Positions 23,939 to 37,136 of a stretch of DNA of 64,000 nucleotides are shown piece after piece. The notes under the pieces are model-generated. The model saw only the letters and a list, made by a program, of their open reading frames with translations, ran no database searches and had not been told where the DNA came from. The stretch covers positions 95,520 through 159,519 of the forward strand of contig NIVC01001674.1 of assembly GCA_002269645.1 (NCBI GenBank), written 5' to 3'. This DNA comes from Macrostomum lignano (Eukaryota). The stretch's first letter is position 1; each line of letters opens with the position of its first letter. The position numbers and the translations under genes were made by a program.

Positions 23939-24810
23939 TATAGCGCTTCAAGTTTATGTCTCTTCTTCTTCACTTGTAGTTTTCCTATAGTTTGTCTAGC
24001 GGTTTATTGCAGTCTAAAAGTCTTGAAGGCTATAACTCCTAACGACTATCGAAGCTCAGTATTTCGGCTGGTCGTAGTGATCTCTCTAGATCGTTATCGC
24101 TGATCCTACTTGAGAAAGAACACAAACACAATGATTTTCTAGTTTATCTAAACGGAACTCGAAGTGAGTTTATAACTAACCGGAGCGGTGAATCTTTTTC
24201 CGCGCTCCGCTCCGATATATATAGTGTTTTTAAAACCCCTCGATCCGAGGGGGAGATAATACCATAGCAACAGTACGCATGGGAATTTGGGGTGAGTGAG
24301 GTCGCAGCCTCGAGTCTAGTACAGTTATTGTCATTAAACTAGTTGGTTGGCAGGCACGCCAACCCCTTTCCTTTCATCGATCCCGCCTTCTTGTGCGGAC
24401 TCGGCCTCCTCTCGATCTCGTTCCCGATCGGGTCCGGGCGGCTCCAGTTTCTGCTGGGTTGGGTCGATGCAGGCAGCTGCAGGTCGGGGTAGGCCGGGTT
24501 GATTCCGGGAGCTCCACGTCAGCACAGCTGCGTTCCGGTCTCGGGCCATTCCACGTCAGCACAGCTGCGGATCCGGTCTCCGGCAGCTCCACGTCAGCGC
24601 CTCTGCGGATCCGGTCTCGGCCAGCTCCACGTCGGCACAGCTGCTGTCATGCCGAACCGGGCCTGCGCTGAAATGAATAGTTGATCTCTGGGGGCGGATT
24701 TTGTCTAATCATTCTCCTTTCGGTTGCTCGCACCTTCTGCTGTTGCTATTTTTAGTTTTAGTTACCAACTAACGCTCACTTAAATTCCATTCAGATTTCT
24801 AAGTCTTATA
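23939..24810 (-). repeat. 5' LTR (872 bp)
   Basis: Direct repeat of 11814-12685, followed on the minus strand by the PBS. Confidence 0.96.
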
Positions 24811-27534
24811 GGTGCGTTGGTTGCCTCGAGCGGTCACCGTGGGCTTGTCCGGCAGTACAAGCCATCCGCCCATCAATTCGACCGATTTGAATGAGCCTCC
24901 CGGTTTGATGGACTCATAGAAGGGCTGTAAAAATTGAAGTGAAGTAGGAAAGAAATGAATGCGCAAATTTAAGCCCTTTAAATATAATTTAAGCCCTTAC
25001 ATATAGGCCCAAATCATTTACCTGCAGTCGTGGGTAATCCTCAACTCGGAAAACCTCTGAGCGATCAGCAAAATGCTTCGCTACCCGATCGGCCAGCACG
25101 GAAACCTTCCAGTGAGGCAACTGGAGGTTCTGAGCCACTTCCATCAGGGAGACTAGTGGACCAAAAAGGTCCTGCAGGCACAGCAAGTCAAAAACGAAGT
25201 CGCTTCCGAACATTGCATATTGCGACTCTTCGTCATCAGAGCAGCACGGATTTTCTGCTCGAAATGCGGTGTGCAGAGCGGCGTAACTTGCCTCAATGGC
25301 GGACCACTGTCTAAAAAAAGAAGCGTAGTGGGAGGACATTAAATAAATTTTTATTTACCCTTTTCATCACCATTTTTATTAGACTATTTATTGATAATAG
25401 CTGGTACTTACTTGATTGCAGAGCTCGTGAAACGCTGGGCTGCGAAATGCGACATCGCTCGAGCTGAACCGTCTGACGCCTCTTTCAGTGCTGCCTCACC
25501 ACGACCATGGCTGAAATAGGTAGCAAAAAAATTCGCTCGCTTTATAAACCGGCGCAATGACTCCCCATCAGGTCCATCGCGAACATCAGTGACGGCCAGA
25601 TTCAAGTAGTGTGCCGCATCCCACATCACAGGAATCTTTTCGACGTCATCGACAGGGGCCCCGAGCTCGGTCCGAATAGCGCGGCAGAATGTGCCAGCTT
25701 GGTACTGGCCATCAGCGACGATACCCATGATGCTTGCAGTGGGCGTCTTCAACACCTGATAGATTCAAAATGATGAAATTAAGCACTCGTCTAATTTAAA
25801 GTTTAAAACTGTTAGAATCCCTTCAATCGTCCAAAAAATAATACGTTAGTGACGGTTACCTTAAGTGTCTGCATTAGTCTTTTGGCCAGGGCTTCCCCAT
25901 CTGCTTGCATTGCAGAGTCGTACACAGCAGGTGCACCCGCAGGAATCGCTACGGCTTCGCCATTTTCGCAGCGAGCTAGAAGGAGTGCCGCCTGATTCGT
26001 TGTGCGGCCTGGGGTGCTTTTGTCGCAGGTGATGGTCAGCAGAGGCGGCTGTCCAGTCGAAGGCAGAGGACACCGCAGAAACTCTGCACTTTCGTCGTTT
26101 ACGCAGGCGTCTAATAACTTCCAAAGTTCTTTGCAGAATGCACTGTGTAAGGAGGGAGGGTAGGTGAAATGACAAAGTTATTATTTATTAAGTATATCTG
26201 ATTGCATTTAAATAAAATTATTTATAGTGTATAGATATGTTTGCAGGTAAACTTACAAGCCATGGCCAATCTGACCAACTTCACAATCAGACGCATCGAG
26301 CAGACTCATTAGAGTCTCGTAATGCGAACCCGCAGCAGCCATTTCAATTGTCGCAATAGCACAGCGGAGAAGGGTGCGCACAACCTTGCCTTGTGCCGTC
26401 TGTTGTACGACTTCGGTTCGGTAGTCCTTCACAGCCGAATAGTGGGTCTTGCTTGTCAAACAGTGGTTTACGAGTTCATTGCGAAATTTGGAGAACTCGT
26501 CCACACCACTTAGCAAACCTGCGACTCGTTCGGCTGAAAGTCGTAGCCCTCTGCTGAAGGACTTATTCTTTTCAGTGGTGGTGGGGTTCCTGGAAAAGTG
26601 AAAAGCTCGGTACATTAACACCTTAAGTACTTCTTTAAGACTATCCCGTCTAAACGGACTCTACATACAGTACATATAAAAAACATTCGACTTACAGAAT
26701 GCTGTAGATTTGCTCGGCTGTACAGTTGGTAGGCATCAGTTTCGACTTGCAGAGGAACGTGACACAGGGAACGCAGTTAAAAATCGAGTCACCATTCTCG
26801 CACGACTTGAGCGAACAAAACTCAAACTGCAGTAACTCAGCGAAACTATTTGTGGCCGCCACATCATCGTTGCCGAGGTCGATTTTGGACTTATTTTCTT
26901 GATTGCTGCCCTTACTACATTTAGATGTAGCAACAGCATTGACGGATATATTTTCAAGCAGTTTTTTCATCTGCACAATCTCCTGCGTCTGTGACTCGAA
27001 CGCCTTTTGCAGAGCAGTGATCTTCTTAGCCATGTTTTCTGGAGCTGGTGCTGAATCAACAGCTTCGAGTCGCAACTGTAGACGACACTGCAGGTCTGTC
27101 TGCTGCTGCTGACCGGATGACTGCTGCTGACCGGATGACTGCTGCTGACCGGATGACTGCTGCTGATCGGATGACTGCTGCTGATCGGATGACTGCTGCT
27201 GATCGGATGACTGCTGCTGATCGGATGACTGCTGCTGATCGGATGACTGCTGCTGATCGGATGACTGCTGCTGCTGCTGTTCAGACTGATCAACCTCAGC
27301 ACTCAAGTCGTCCTCTTCGTCTTCCACAGTAGCTACATTTTGCAGGGCACGCTCATTCAACAGCCTTCGAACCTCCTGGTTATCTCTTCGAGCGAAATCA
27401 GGAGGTGCATGTCCAACACCTTTGCGCCCCTGGTGTTGACTCTTACAGTGCCGATTAAGATCATGTGGAAGACCACGGACTGTTCGGCAGTTTCGCAAAT
27501 TTCGACCAGCCCTTTAGCAGGACAAACAGTAGTG
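24811..27534 (-). pseudogene. hAT transposase, 5' exons (~27534-26696, ~26650-26257, 26142-25860, 25755-25412, 25310-25022, 24924-24811)
   Basis: Spliced frame gives LTITCDKST (first D), IVADGQ (second D) and WDAAHYLNLAV (CxxH-equivalent). GT-AG introns are phase-consistent except the first junction, which is uncertain. An N-terminal CLSC...H...H finger carries a premature TAA. Confidence 0.82.
27103..27270 (-). repeat. 18-bp coding tandem repeat x9 (QQQSSD/G) in hAT transposase
   Basis: Direct reading. Confidence 0.95.
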
Positions 27535-30500
27535 CACATCCTGTGCAATTACTCTTTTGGGTTGCTTGGCTTCTAACTGACTTGGGCCAGAATTACTAAC
27601 AGACTTTCGCTTGCGATTGTTAGAATTAGAAATAGGCTGCAGCTGATTTGGGGTTGCAAAAAATCCCCAGCCTTCTTTAAGACCTGTCTTAGGACCAGCT
27701 GCCTTTGATGAAGTAGAAGCAGCCGAAAAACCTGTTTTAGTGAAAGGGTTTTATTGGGGCTACTTAAGGGGTTTAAAATAATGTTGCTATAGAATAGATA
27801 GAAAGGGCGGGGATTAATATAATATGGTAATAATGAAAATGGTCTTGGTCTGATGACTCTGATTTTGAATGCTACATACATTCTACCTACAGGCACAGCC
27901 TACAGCTTTGGATTGCATTGCTACATATATACAAAACTAATTAACTAACTGTATTGTCTAAGAAAAGTAAGTCAAAAATTTATAATAAGTCAACAATAAA
28001 ATAAAGTTAAGTATGAGTATGGCAGTATCAGCTATCACCTATCAATCACTATCAAATCAATGTATGAGTCAGAGTCAGATCTCATGTAAATAATAGAATG
28101 TGAAATTAAACAATATACATACTTTATACTTATTGATGTTTGACTACACTACACTAAAATAGAACATATACATATATTGGATTTGGATTGGATAAAAACT
28201 GGCCTACTTGTCGGAATCTGACAATCAATAACAATAACATGAATCATCATGAATGAATGACTAGACTTAAGACTTAATGACTAGACTTGTCAATGTTAAC
28301 AAAAGTATAGGCAAGGCTGTAGCCTGTAGCCTGTACTGTATGTATCATGTATGCTATGGGCATGGCTGCATTAGCTGATTAGCATAATATATTTAAAAGC
28401 AAAATTTGAGAATCAAGGCTATTCATATTGGTCCCTAGCTCAATGTTTAATATTCTGTCTAAAATTTATTTTCTTCAGAACTTATAATTTATAATAAAAG
28501 ATAAGAAAAGAATATTGAAAACAGGCAATTAGCAAACAGGCCACACTTACTAGAATCAATAGCTGAGCTAAGTGAGCTTGAAGTTGAATCCAAAGCTTTA
28601 TCAATAGCATTGACATTATCAGAAGAAACTTCCATCTCCTCGACCTCGTCCTCAGTGTCAGTGTCAGTGACAGTGACAGTGTCACTAGTTTCCATTGGTG
28701 TTGCAACTTGCAATGGTATGGTTAAAGTTTCTGAGCCGATGAGCCTGGCTATATCAACACGACAACACAGTCGAGTCAACACTGAATATTTATATTTCAC
28801 TTCCTTCCTTGTGGATTCGATTGTGCTTACAAAGTTACACACAAGTTACACAACACAAGACAAGACAACAAGCGAAGCAATCAGTATATTAGTATATACA
28901 AATACAATAATAATAGTTGCAAAAATCCAGGAGAGAGAACAGATCAATTTGAATGGTCTGAAGAACGAACTTGAAGAAGACGAACTCGACGACGAAATTG
29001 CTAACAAATGTAATAAAATAAAACTGCAAATGCGCGAAATTTGCAACTTAAATCTTAACTTACCTGTATGTCATCTGTTGTAACGTGAAGAAATCTAAAA
29101 TACTAAAGTAATTATTGTACAGAATTAGTTAATAAGTTAAAATAAATAACTGACTTACACAAAACTTTAGTAAAGTTTTGTTAACAATAAATCAGATTCA
29201 AAATTTACGTAATTTCAGCGTTTTAAAGATGAAAATAGATTTACCAATTCACTAAAATTGAACGATATACAATACTTTGTCGAAGTAATTGGGTTGTTTG
29301 CAGGTTTTTTAAACGTTTGTTCTTACGCCAATCACATGCAAATATTGTAGGCCGATTTTTGGACAGATTTTTCATGCGAAAACTGTGTTGTGTACGCCAA
29401 GAACTCTGTACGCCATTTTTCGGACCGCGTGTACGCGAAACTGTACGCCATTTTTTTTGGGGGGGGGCTGATGTACGCCGGAAAATTCCGGCGTACGGAC
29501 ACCTTCCTGACTATGGAATGAAGCCAATTGTAAAAATGAGGGTTCATATGGCCAATTGAAATATCACCTTAAAGCGTGCTAGGAATAACAAATTAAATGA
29601 AAGGAATGAATAAAGGATATAGTAAAGCACAAATTTTGCAATAAAAAAATGAAAAAAAATTTCTAAGGCCCCTCTACTGTCAGTTAAAAATTTTCAATAC
29701 GTTTTTCTTTGTGTTGTCATGAAAGGCCGTATTTTAAACAATTCAATTTGATATGCGGGTAACCTTTGCTCCATTTTGCCAAAAAGAGGCATCTCGGATG
29801 ACTTGCCGCAAGGCAGCTGAGCCTCTGATGCGGAGATGAGGAAATTAAACATGTTTAATATGCAGATTTCCATGCTGAATGACATGGTATAAGTCCCATT
29901 GCATGAAAGTTTGCCGCAAGGTTAATATTTAAGTTAACCTGCCAAAAAATGCGCGTCTACTTGTAGTAGATAAATGGTAAATTTGCAGATTTTTTTTGTT
30001 TTTTTTATTTTGCTTTTTTCGATCAATATTATGTCCTTAATGAAACTGAATGCAAAGAGGGCATGTATAGGAACGTTGAAAGGTTTAAATAGTTATATAA
30101 ACTTATAAAGTTTTTTTTGGGGGTCAACAAGGGAGGCTTCCGTTGGAAAGTCGCTGGATATTTAGACCCTAGCACAAGACGATCCCAACAAGCGACCCCT
30201 AGCATTCGCTTGGTCAGCGACGCCAACTCCCTTTAGTTGAAGTCCAATGGAACATATGTGAATTGTTATGTAGACAATGGTGGCATGGAATATTTGAATT
30301 GCTTGTCAGTGTCAAATTTAAAGGGACACATGAATTACGAATTACAAAAAAGTTGTGATGTTCTCGGGGGAGCATGGCGACATTCAAGCAGATCAGTCAA
30401 TGCAGTGTATCATTGTATACTTACAATAAATATGGTTATTGGATATAGAAAGCAAGAATGCTAAAGTGTGCATACAACATATATACATGGAACATATATA

Positions 30501-30615
30501 TGGCTGTAAAACAGTCCCTGTAGTCTCAAATAAAAGCCTAGTGTAGGATAGTCATTACTAATGCTGATACGAAATCCATCAGCCGGGAAGGGGGTTGCCA
30601 ACTCTCTCTCTCTCT

Positions 30616-31740
30616 CTACTCATCATCTGAAAGTATATGCAGGTCCCCAGCAAGATAGTCCTTGTACAAGTTGTACTTGAATTGCTTGGATGGATGGTCA
30701 TCAAAGACAACAACAAACTCCCAATCCAGAATGTCTCTGCTGCGAGCCGCTGCAGGAAGCTGCTTCACGATGACTCCCTCGTCCCACTCCTCTCCATCAG
30801 CATAGGCGAAAAGCATCTCTATGCAGTGCCCCACCAACTCTAGCAAGTTGCTGAGACTCGGCGCAGGGTCGGCGGCCTCGAGGTCATCGCCATCGGTTGA
30901 AGCATCTGGGCTTGCGGCTCTCTTGCTAGGGCGGGCGGTTGCACGGCTGCTTCCCGCGCTTGTGACAGAGGCACCAGCGCGACCGGCACCTCGGCGTCTG
31001 GCACCTTGGTGACTGGCACCACCGCGAGCAACTTGCCCAGCTGGCCGCACTGCAGTTGAGTGTTTCGCGGCGCCACCCAGCTTGCCATCGATGGCCTGTT
31101 GAATGCAGAGGGCTCTGTCCTCAGTGGGTAGCAATCCAGCTTGTGTCGGCTGCTGAATGCTCGAGGCCTGGGATGTGGACTGATGCGATGCTGAATCCTG
31201 CTGCTGCAGTATCCCCAGAAGCTCCTTCAGTTGGGTACGTAACTGGGGGACACTGCGCCGGACACCAGCCGCAATGAAGTTGAGGATGGTGGACTTCTCC
31301 TTCGGCAGGACGATCTCTAAAATACCACAGGTTGTTAAACAAATTAATTATTGATTTTAAGAGACAGACAGTGGTAGTACTAATAGCAAATCCAAATGTC
31401 AAATGCAGTCATTAACTTACTCATCAGTCAGAGTCACCTGAAACTCACCAGCAAGCAACTGCTGGTACTCTGACTGCTTTCCTGCAGCCAGGTCTCTGCA
31501 GTGGCTGCGTTGCAGCTCACGTGCCTGCTGGCGAAGCCTGGCTATCCTCTTCATGATATTCTTTGTTGCCAAGCTGCCAACATGACTCGCAGGCAGACCC
31601 ACATGCTGCATGAGGTGCTGCATCGCCTCTGGGGCCTTGCAGTTTTGGGTTAACTGCAATGCCTTCCCAACTGTCACTCTCAGCACTGGATCTGGCCCTG
31701 GGGTATCTGGAGGCCGGTTTTCATCACTGGCACTGCTCAT
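30616..31740 (-). CDS. Orphan, probably spliced gene with a C-terminal Tudor/Spindlin-like domain
   Basis: ORFs 31740-31417 and 31134-30616; LVGHCIEMLF...WDEGVIVK...FVVVFDD...YNLYKDYLAGDLHIL resembles a Spin/Tudor aromatic-cage pattern; exon junction not resolved. Confidence 0.45.
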
Positions 31741-34257
31741 TGCTGAAATTGGTGTATGAGTAATATGACTGCAGTTATAATGTCAATACATGTAAGCAAG
31801 ATGGACTGAAATATACTAACTAATGACTGTCCCTAGCCTTGGCCTAGGCCTAAAAAGTAAGAAAATTCAGTTAAATTTGATTAGAAGTTGCTCTGTACAT
31901 CTTGGTAAAAATGCTAAATACCTAAAAAATATATATTCAAAAGAACAATACCTATGCATTGTAAAAATGCACATATATACATGTAATACACATTTGCACA
32001 TATGATTTTCAGCATATCTAGCCGACTCCAACTAAGCCTACTAGCCAAGGCCCTCTAGTCTTTAAAAAGACTAATAGGGCCACAAAAATATAAAAAATGC
32101 AAAAAAATGACACCAAACATATTAAAATTGGATAAGGGACAAAAAATTTATAAATAAAAGTATATGAAAAATTGTACTTTTTGCGCAAAAAAGGTCACAG
32201 GCCGTAATGCAAAAATGCCATAAGGAATTACAAAATTTTCTACAACTAAAAATGCTATAACTTTTTTATTCCTTGACAGAAATTAACAAGTGAGGCCATT
32301 TTGGATTTTGGTTGCAGAGATCTACTTAGCTGCCTAAAAATATCCAAGAATAAAAAATGTTTCAAAACCTCACTGGAACCCCTACCTATGGCTATAGCCT
32401 TATGTAAGATATTAAAATATACATTCCCAGTTGTCTTAAAACAAGACTCAAGAGAAATTGCACTCTGAGCCTTAAAATCGCACCTTGAAATTTAGCACAA
32501 GGTGCGATTTTGCACCTTGTCTCTGGCGAAAAAAACCCAGTATGCCACACTGTACACAGCCAAGAAATGGACGCTGGTATATGCCACAGAAATCAAGTGT
32601 ACACCGGAATTTTCTGGCGTACACCCCACCATCCGCAAAATGGTCAGGATCATGATCATGTTATAACTTATAAACCTATAATTTATAGCATCAAAGTAAA
32701 GGTACATCTCCACTAAGATGATTCTTGCTAGTCTTCTACTAAAACTTGTCCACTATATGACTATATTCATTGATTAATTAGCTTCTAGGAAGCTATTTTA
32801 AATACCAGCCAATCCTTTTTACTTATAAAGCTTATACAAGCGCTACTTGTATTGCCCTATGCCCCATAGTAATGCCAAAGTGGAGTAGATTTTTAGCCAA
32901 CTAAGGGATTTTATTGCAAAAATAGCAGAATTTAGGGACTTCTTGAACTTTAGGTACGTAAAATACTTCTGATTTTCCAATTTTTCTAAAACTTTTGCCA
33001 GAGTCTTAGAGGCTGTCCAAAATGATAATAAAGCAAAGAAAACTGCAAAAAAATTACTGTCACAGTTAACAGGAGCTCAATTTGTTAATCCCCCTATGTA
33101 ATTAATGATAATTTGATGTAAGCAGTTTCGGAGAATTGTATGTTTGAAAATTAAACTTTTTTAGAATCATGGCTCTCAAAGGTAAATATTGTCTAAAATT
33201 TTGATGAATTCATTGTAAAAAAACATTTAGGAGGTTAGATTTTTAACTCCAATAAAAGGAGTGTCTATTCTAATTCATCTTTACTCAGTTTATTATAGTG
33301 CACCGAGAGTGCTACATCAAATTAGTGTTTTTAAAAAAATGCTGACTCATGGTTTGCCACTGGCCTCGCCTCCTGCTTTTGATTTGCTATTGTTCTCTCA
33401 TGGTTGTGACTAGCTGTACATTCTTTAAATGTTTACCTATACTTAATTTCTACTAATCTGCATTGTCTTCTCTATTCTGAAAGGTAATTATAGCTGCTGA
33501 TATCAATTATTTTGATAAGATTATAATTTTTCTCAATGGAAGTGTTTGATTACTTGCTGAAAGTTTTTATTTAAGCTTCATTACATTTCCACTCTGGAAC
33601 CCTCAGTCTCTAAATTTATCTATCTAATCTATAATAGACCCCCATGCCTCTATTGAAGTTTAAGTAGATAAAATCAATTCCCATGAAGATTCTCCCTACC
33701 CTAAAACCCCCATTCCCCATGTCCCAGTAGTTGGCTTTAAGCTATAAAAAAATTAAGCTCAAATTTAAAATCAGCACCATTAAAAACCCCTATAGAGACA
33801 AAATTTTGATCCTATCAAAATTGCAACTATTTTATCTACTAAAGTTCAAGAAGTCCGAATTTAGTGCCCTTTTTAGTCAAAGTACTTCTTGTTACTTGTT
33901 TATACTTGAATACTTAAAAGTGGACTGTTGCAATGCAATGTTGCCTTTTATATTAGCACTGCAGAACATGTGTGCCAGTACCATATATGTACAACCTTGG
34001 GAATCATGGCCATTTCTATTGGCAACACACATATGTAAGCTGCTATTTGCTAAGAGCAGTCATATGATTACTATTTAGTCTAATAGCAACTTACATGTGT
34101 ATGTTACTAATAGAAACAGCCAGGTGAATCCCTAGGCCTAGGTTGCAATCTCCTAGTTTACTGCATTAAATTATTTTTGGGTAGAAAATGAAGTTACATA
34201 TTTCAACAGTTGACAGTAGTTAGAGGGCAGTCCAAAGTGTCAATAATAATGCACAAC

Positions 34258-35100
34258 CTAATATAGGAAGTTCCCAAACTCCTTCTTTAGGAAAAAGTGG
34301 CGCCACAAGTACTCATTGAGGTAGGTCTCAAATAGGGTGTTGCTAGTGCCATGCATCGCCCTGAATTTGGTCTTAACATATGCCCATGACCCCTGAATGG
34401 TGTTTGTGTGGACAGTTGGGTTGTGGAAGTCCACAAAATGAAGTTGGTGATTGATGGCCATGTGATTCTGCAAGCCATTGTAAGCCTGCCACCCATCAAT
34501 CAGTATCCTTATGCCAGGAAGTATGTGCTGCTGGATAATGGGCAAAAGTGTTTGAGCAATGCAGTTTGGAACAAGCACTATCATGGCTTTGTTGCTGCCA
34601 TGTTCTACCATGCCAAAAACCCAATGACCTTCACAGTAGACACCTTGCTAGTACTTGCAGTGGAAAAACTTTAACTCAAGTACCTCCACCTCACTACCAG
34701 GGCTACCAAGTTCCATGGGATGGTCAAGCAGGTATTGGCAGCATACATTGCAGCAGAAATTGGCCTAGTCCATGGCAGTCTGGCTGGCAATGCGATACTG
34801 GTGTTCAATCAGATGCATAGGCAGGCTGTATGCCCAAAGGTAGATGAAATCTAGCAGCTGGGTGACAGTGAGATGGTTGCCCTCAAAGAAGCTGCCCTTT
34901 GTAACCGCTTTCTGCATCCTGCAAGTAGGGCATGATCAGGCATAGCCATCAATAAACTGAAGTCCATCTTGCCACTATAGTTGCATGGCCAGAGCATCTG
35001 GGTATCGTTTGCAAGCCTGGGAGTTAAGGAGCAGCTCGTAAGTGGCCAGCCAGCACATGGTTGCCATGCCATCCAATGTGAGCAGCACTAGCTTACGCAG
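34258..35100 (-). pseudogene. Merlin/IS1016 (ISXO2-like DDE) transposase remnant
   Basis: HWVFGMVE, LLPIIQQHILPG, DGWQAY, INH...FVD, HTNTIQGSW, YLNEYLWR; stops and frameshifts upstream. Confidence 0.85.
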
Positions 35101-36194
35101 TATTAAATTGATGTCACAAAGCTTGGCTGTAGGCCTCAAATTGGCCTTAGGTACAATTGTAGTTGGTGCTCTAGGCCTCCTAGGGAAGTCAGCAGGTTAA
35201 CTGAAAAGTTTTGAAAGTGGGCAAATAATTTAACACAGTAAACTAGAAGATTGACCACCCAAGCATAGCTAGTGCACATGCTACTTATTATCAACAACTG
35301 AAAGACAAAGCTACTGCTAAGGAGTGCAAGCATTCAAAAAAGCTATTGGACATTGTTTTCTCAAGTGGCAGCAAAGAAAGAATCAAGCAAATAACTAAGC
35401 ACCTTGCAACTTGAGGCTAGCATAAAGAAAAAGATTTAAGAAAAGATCAAGGAGAAGAGGAGTATAGTAAATAAACTATTTGGGCATACCCCCTAAAGGT
35501 TTTAGAATAAAAAACTTTTCTTTAGACCCCACACACTAGAGCAATTTTCAAGGAAAAAATGAATATCAAAAATTTTATCATTACTATCCTAAAATACCTC
35601 AAGAAAAAGCATTCAAAAAGTTAAATTCCAATCATTACAAAAAACTTATTCAACAGAAATTGCTTTAGTGTGATATTTAAGAAAACAATATTTAAAAAAG
35701 ATTACTTTTCTCTATACCCCCACAAAAGAGTGATTAACAAAAAAGTGATTTTGACTTTTTTCATAAAATTTTAAGTTTTTTCTCTTTCAAAAATTACTAT
35801 AAAGGGGCATTTGAAAAAAATACCTTAATTTAAAAAATAGTGTCGCAGCTACTTTTCCTATTTGTTTCTATTCTACCAATTTGTCACCAAGTTGTTATAG
35901 TTTCTTTTGACCCTGTCTACGAATTATCGCTAAGCTGCCTACTTCCAGTAGTGTTGGCTGTCATAAACTAAAAGTTTTTGCAGTAAAATTTCTAACTTAC
36001 ACGATTTCCTAGAAACCTTGTGATAGCGTGTAGTGCCCGAGCGGTAAGACACTGTCTAACTCCCTAATTCAGTCCGAAAGCTTAGCATTTTCCGAGGATC
36101 AAGGGTGTCCAGCGGTAACTAATTTGTTCTCTTAATGCCTAGTCTTTTTAGCGCCTAGTGTCTATTGTAGCCTGTATGGCTTTTTTTGGGGTCT

Positions 36195-36440
36195 GTACGA
36201 CCTCTAGATTCTCCTTCTGGCCTCTATCCTGGGTCTTCACGACCTCTGGTAGATTTCCTATTCAGATCCTAGTTTGGGTCTCCACGACCTCAAGTTTCCT
36301 TACTCAGATCCCTAGTTCTTGGTCTCCATGGCCTCAAGTTTCCCTATTCAGGTCCCTAGTTTGGGTCTCCACGACCTCAAGTTTCCTTACTCAGATCCCT
36401 AGTTCTTGGTCTCCACGACCTGAAGTTTCCCCTATTCTCA
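36195..36440. repeat. ~44-bp tandem repeat (GGTCTCCACGACCTCAAGTTTCC...)
   Basis: About 5-6 diverged copies visible. Confidence 0.8.
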
Positions 36441-37136
36441 AAGAAATAACGAGATGAGTCTTAGCCAAATTTAATTTGTTCCACTAAGAGCTTCTCGCAA
36501 ACAGCAAGAACTGTTAAGAGCAAAATTCCAAATAAGAAAAGGTTATTTTATTTTAGAGTTAACCCGGATCCCTTTTATACTAAATTTTTGGGGAAGAAGG
36601 AATACATTAAAACAAAATTAGTGAGTTAAAACAAATTTAGGAAAAATTAAAACAAAAAAGGGATAGCATTTAAACAACTAAATAAATTTTTTGATTGGTT
36701 CAGAAATTGGTTGGCGCTTAATTACTGTTAGTAGTGATTATAGGTTAATTAAATCCTGCCTCAACTGGCTTCCCTTAGTTAAATTTTTGAATAAGATTGA
36801 GTGAAAAAATTTAACATAGTACTGTAAGTAGGATTAAAGGGTAGGTATAAGCATGAGCAGATAATTATGAGCAAAACATATATACATCGAGCATGCGCCT
36901 ATAAGAGTCCCGCCTGGACTTTGGTCCGGTTCTTTCGTCCGCTCACTTATCCGATAGTTCGTCCGGTTGATAATGTATTTTTTCCATAAGGGAAAATCGG
37001 ACAAAGCGGACGAAAAGTTACGAAAGCGGACGAAAACTTCACCTCACGTGACGTTCGTCCGCTCGTTAGTCCGGTGTTTGATCCGTTTATCTGCCGATGC
37101 TTCGTCCGTTTCACTTTAGCACTGACTAAACAAATC

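Larger units (their letters stand above)
11814..24810 (-). mobile_element. Full-length Ty3/Gypsy LTR retrotransposon / endogenous virus carrying env, 12,997 bp
   Basis: Two 872-bp LTRs, 5-bp TSD GGTGC (11809-11813, 24811-24815), PBS, PPT, and PR-RT-RH-IN domain order. Confidence 0.97.
10475..29516 (-). mobile_element. hAT-superfamily DNA transposon, ~6 kb without the nested LTR element
   Basis: TIR CCATAGTCAGGAAGGTGTCC at 10475 and its reverse complement ending at 29516. Perfect 8-bp TSD AATGAAGC (10467-10474, 29517-29524). Subterminal GTACGCC repeats at both ends. Confidence 0.93.

Noticed and set aside
28489-29083. Acidic/Ser-rich ORFs near the hAT 5' end
   Set aside because: Low-complexity on both strands; could be untranslated or an extra exon, but no splice path could be supported
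36020-36070. tRNA/SINE-like head (GTGCCCGAGCGGTAAG)
   Set aside because: A-box-like only; no B-box or cloverleaf
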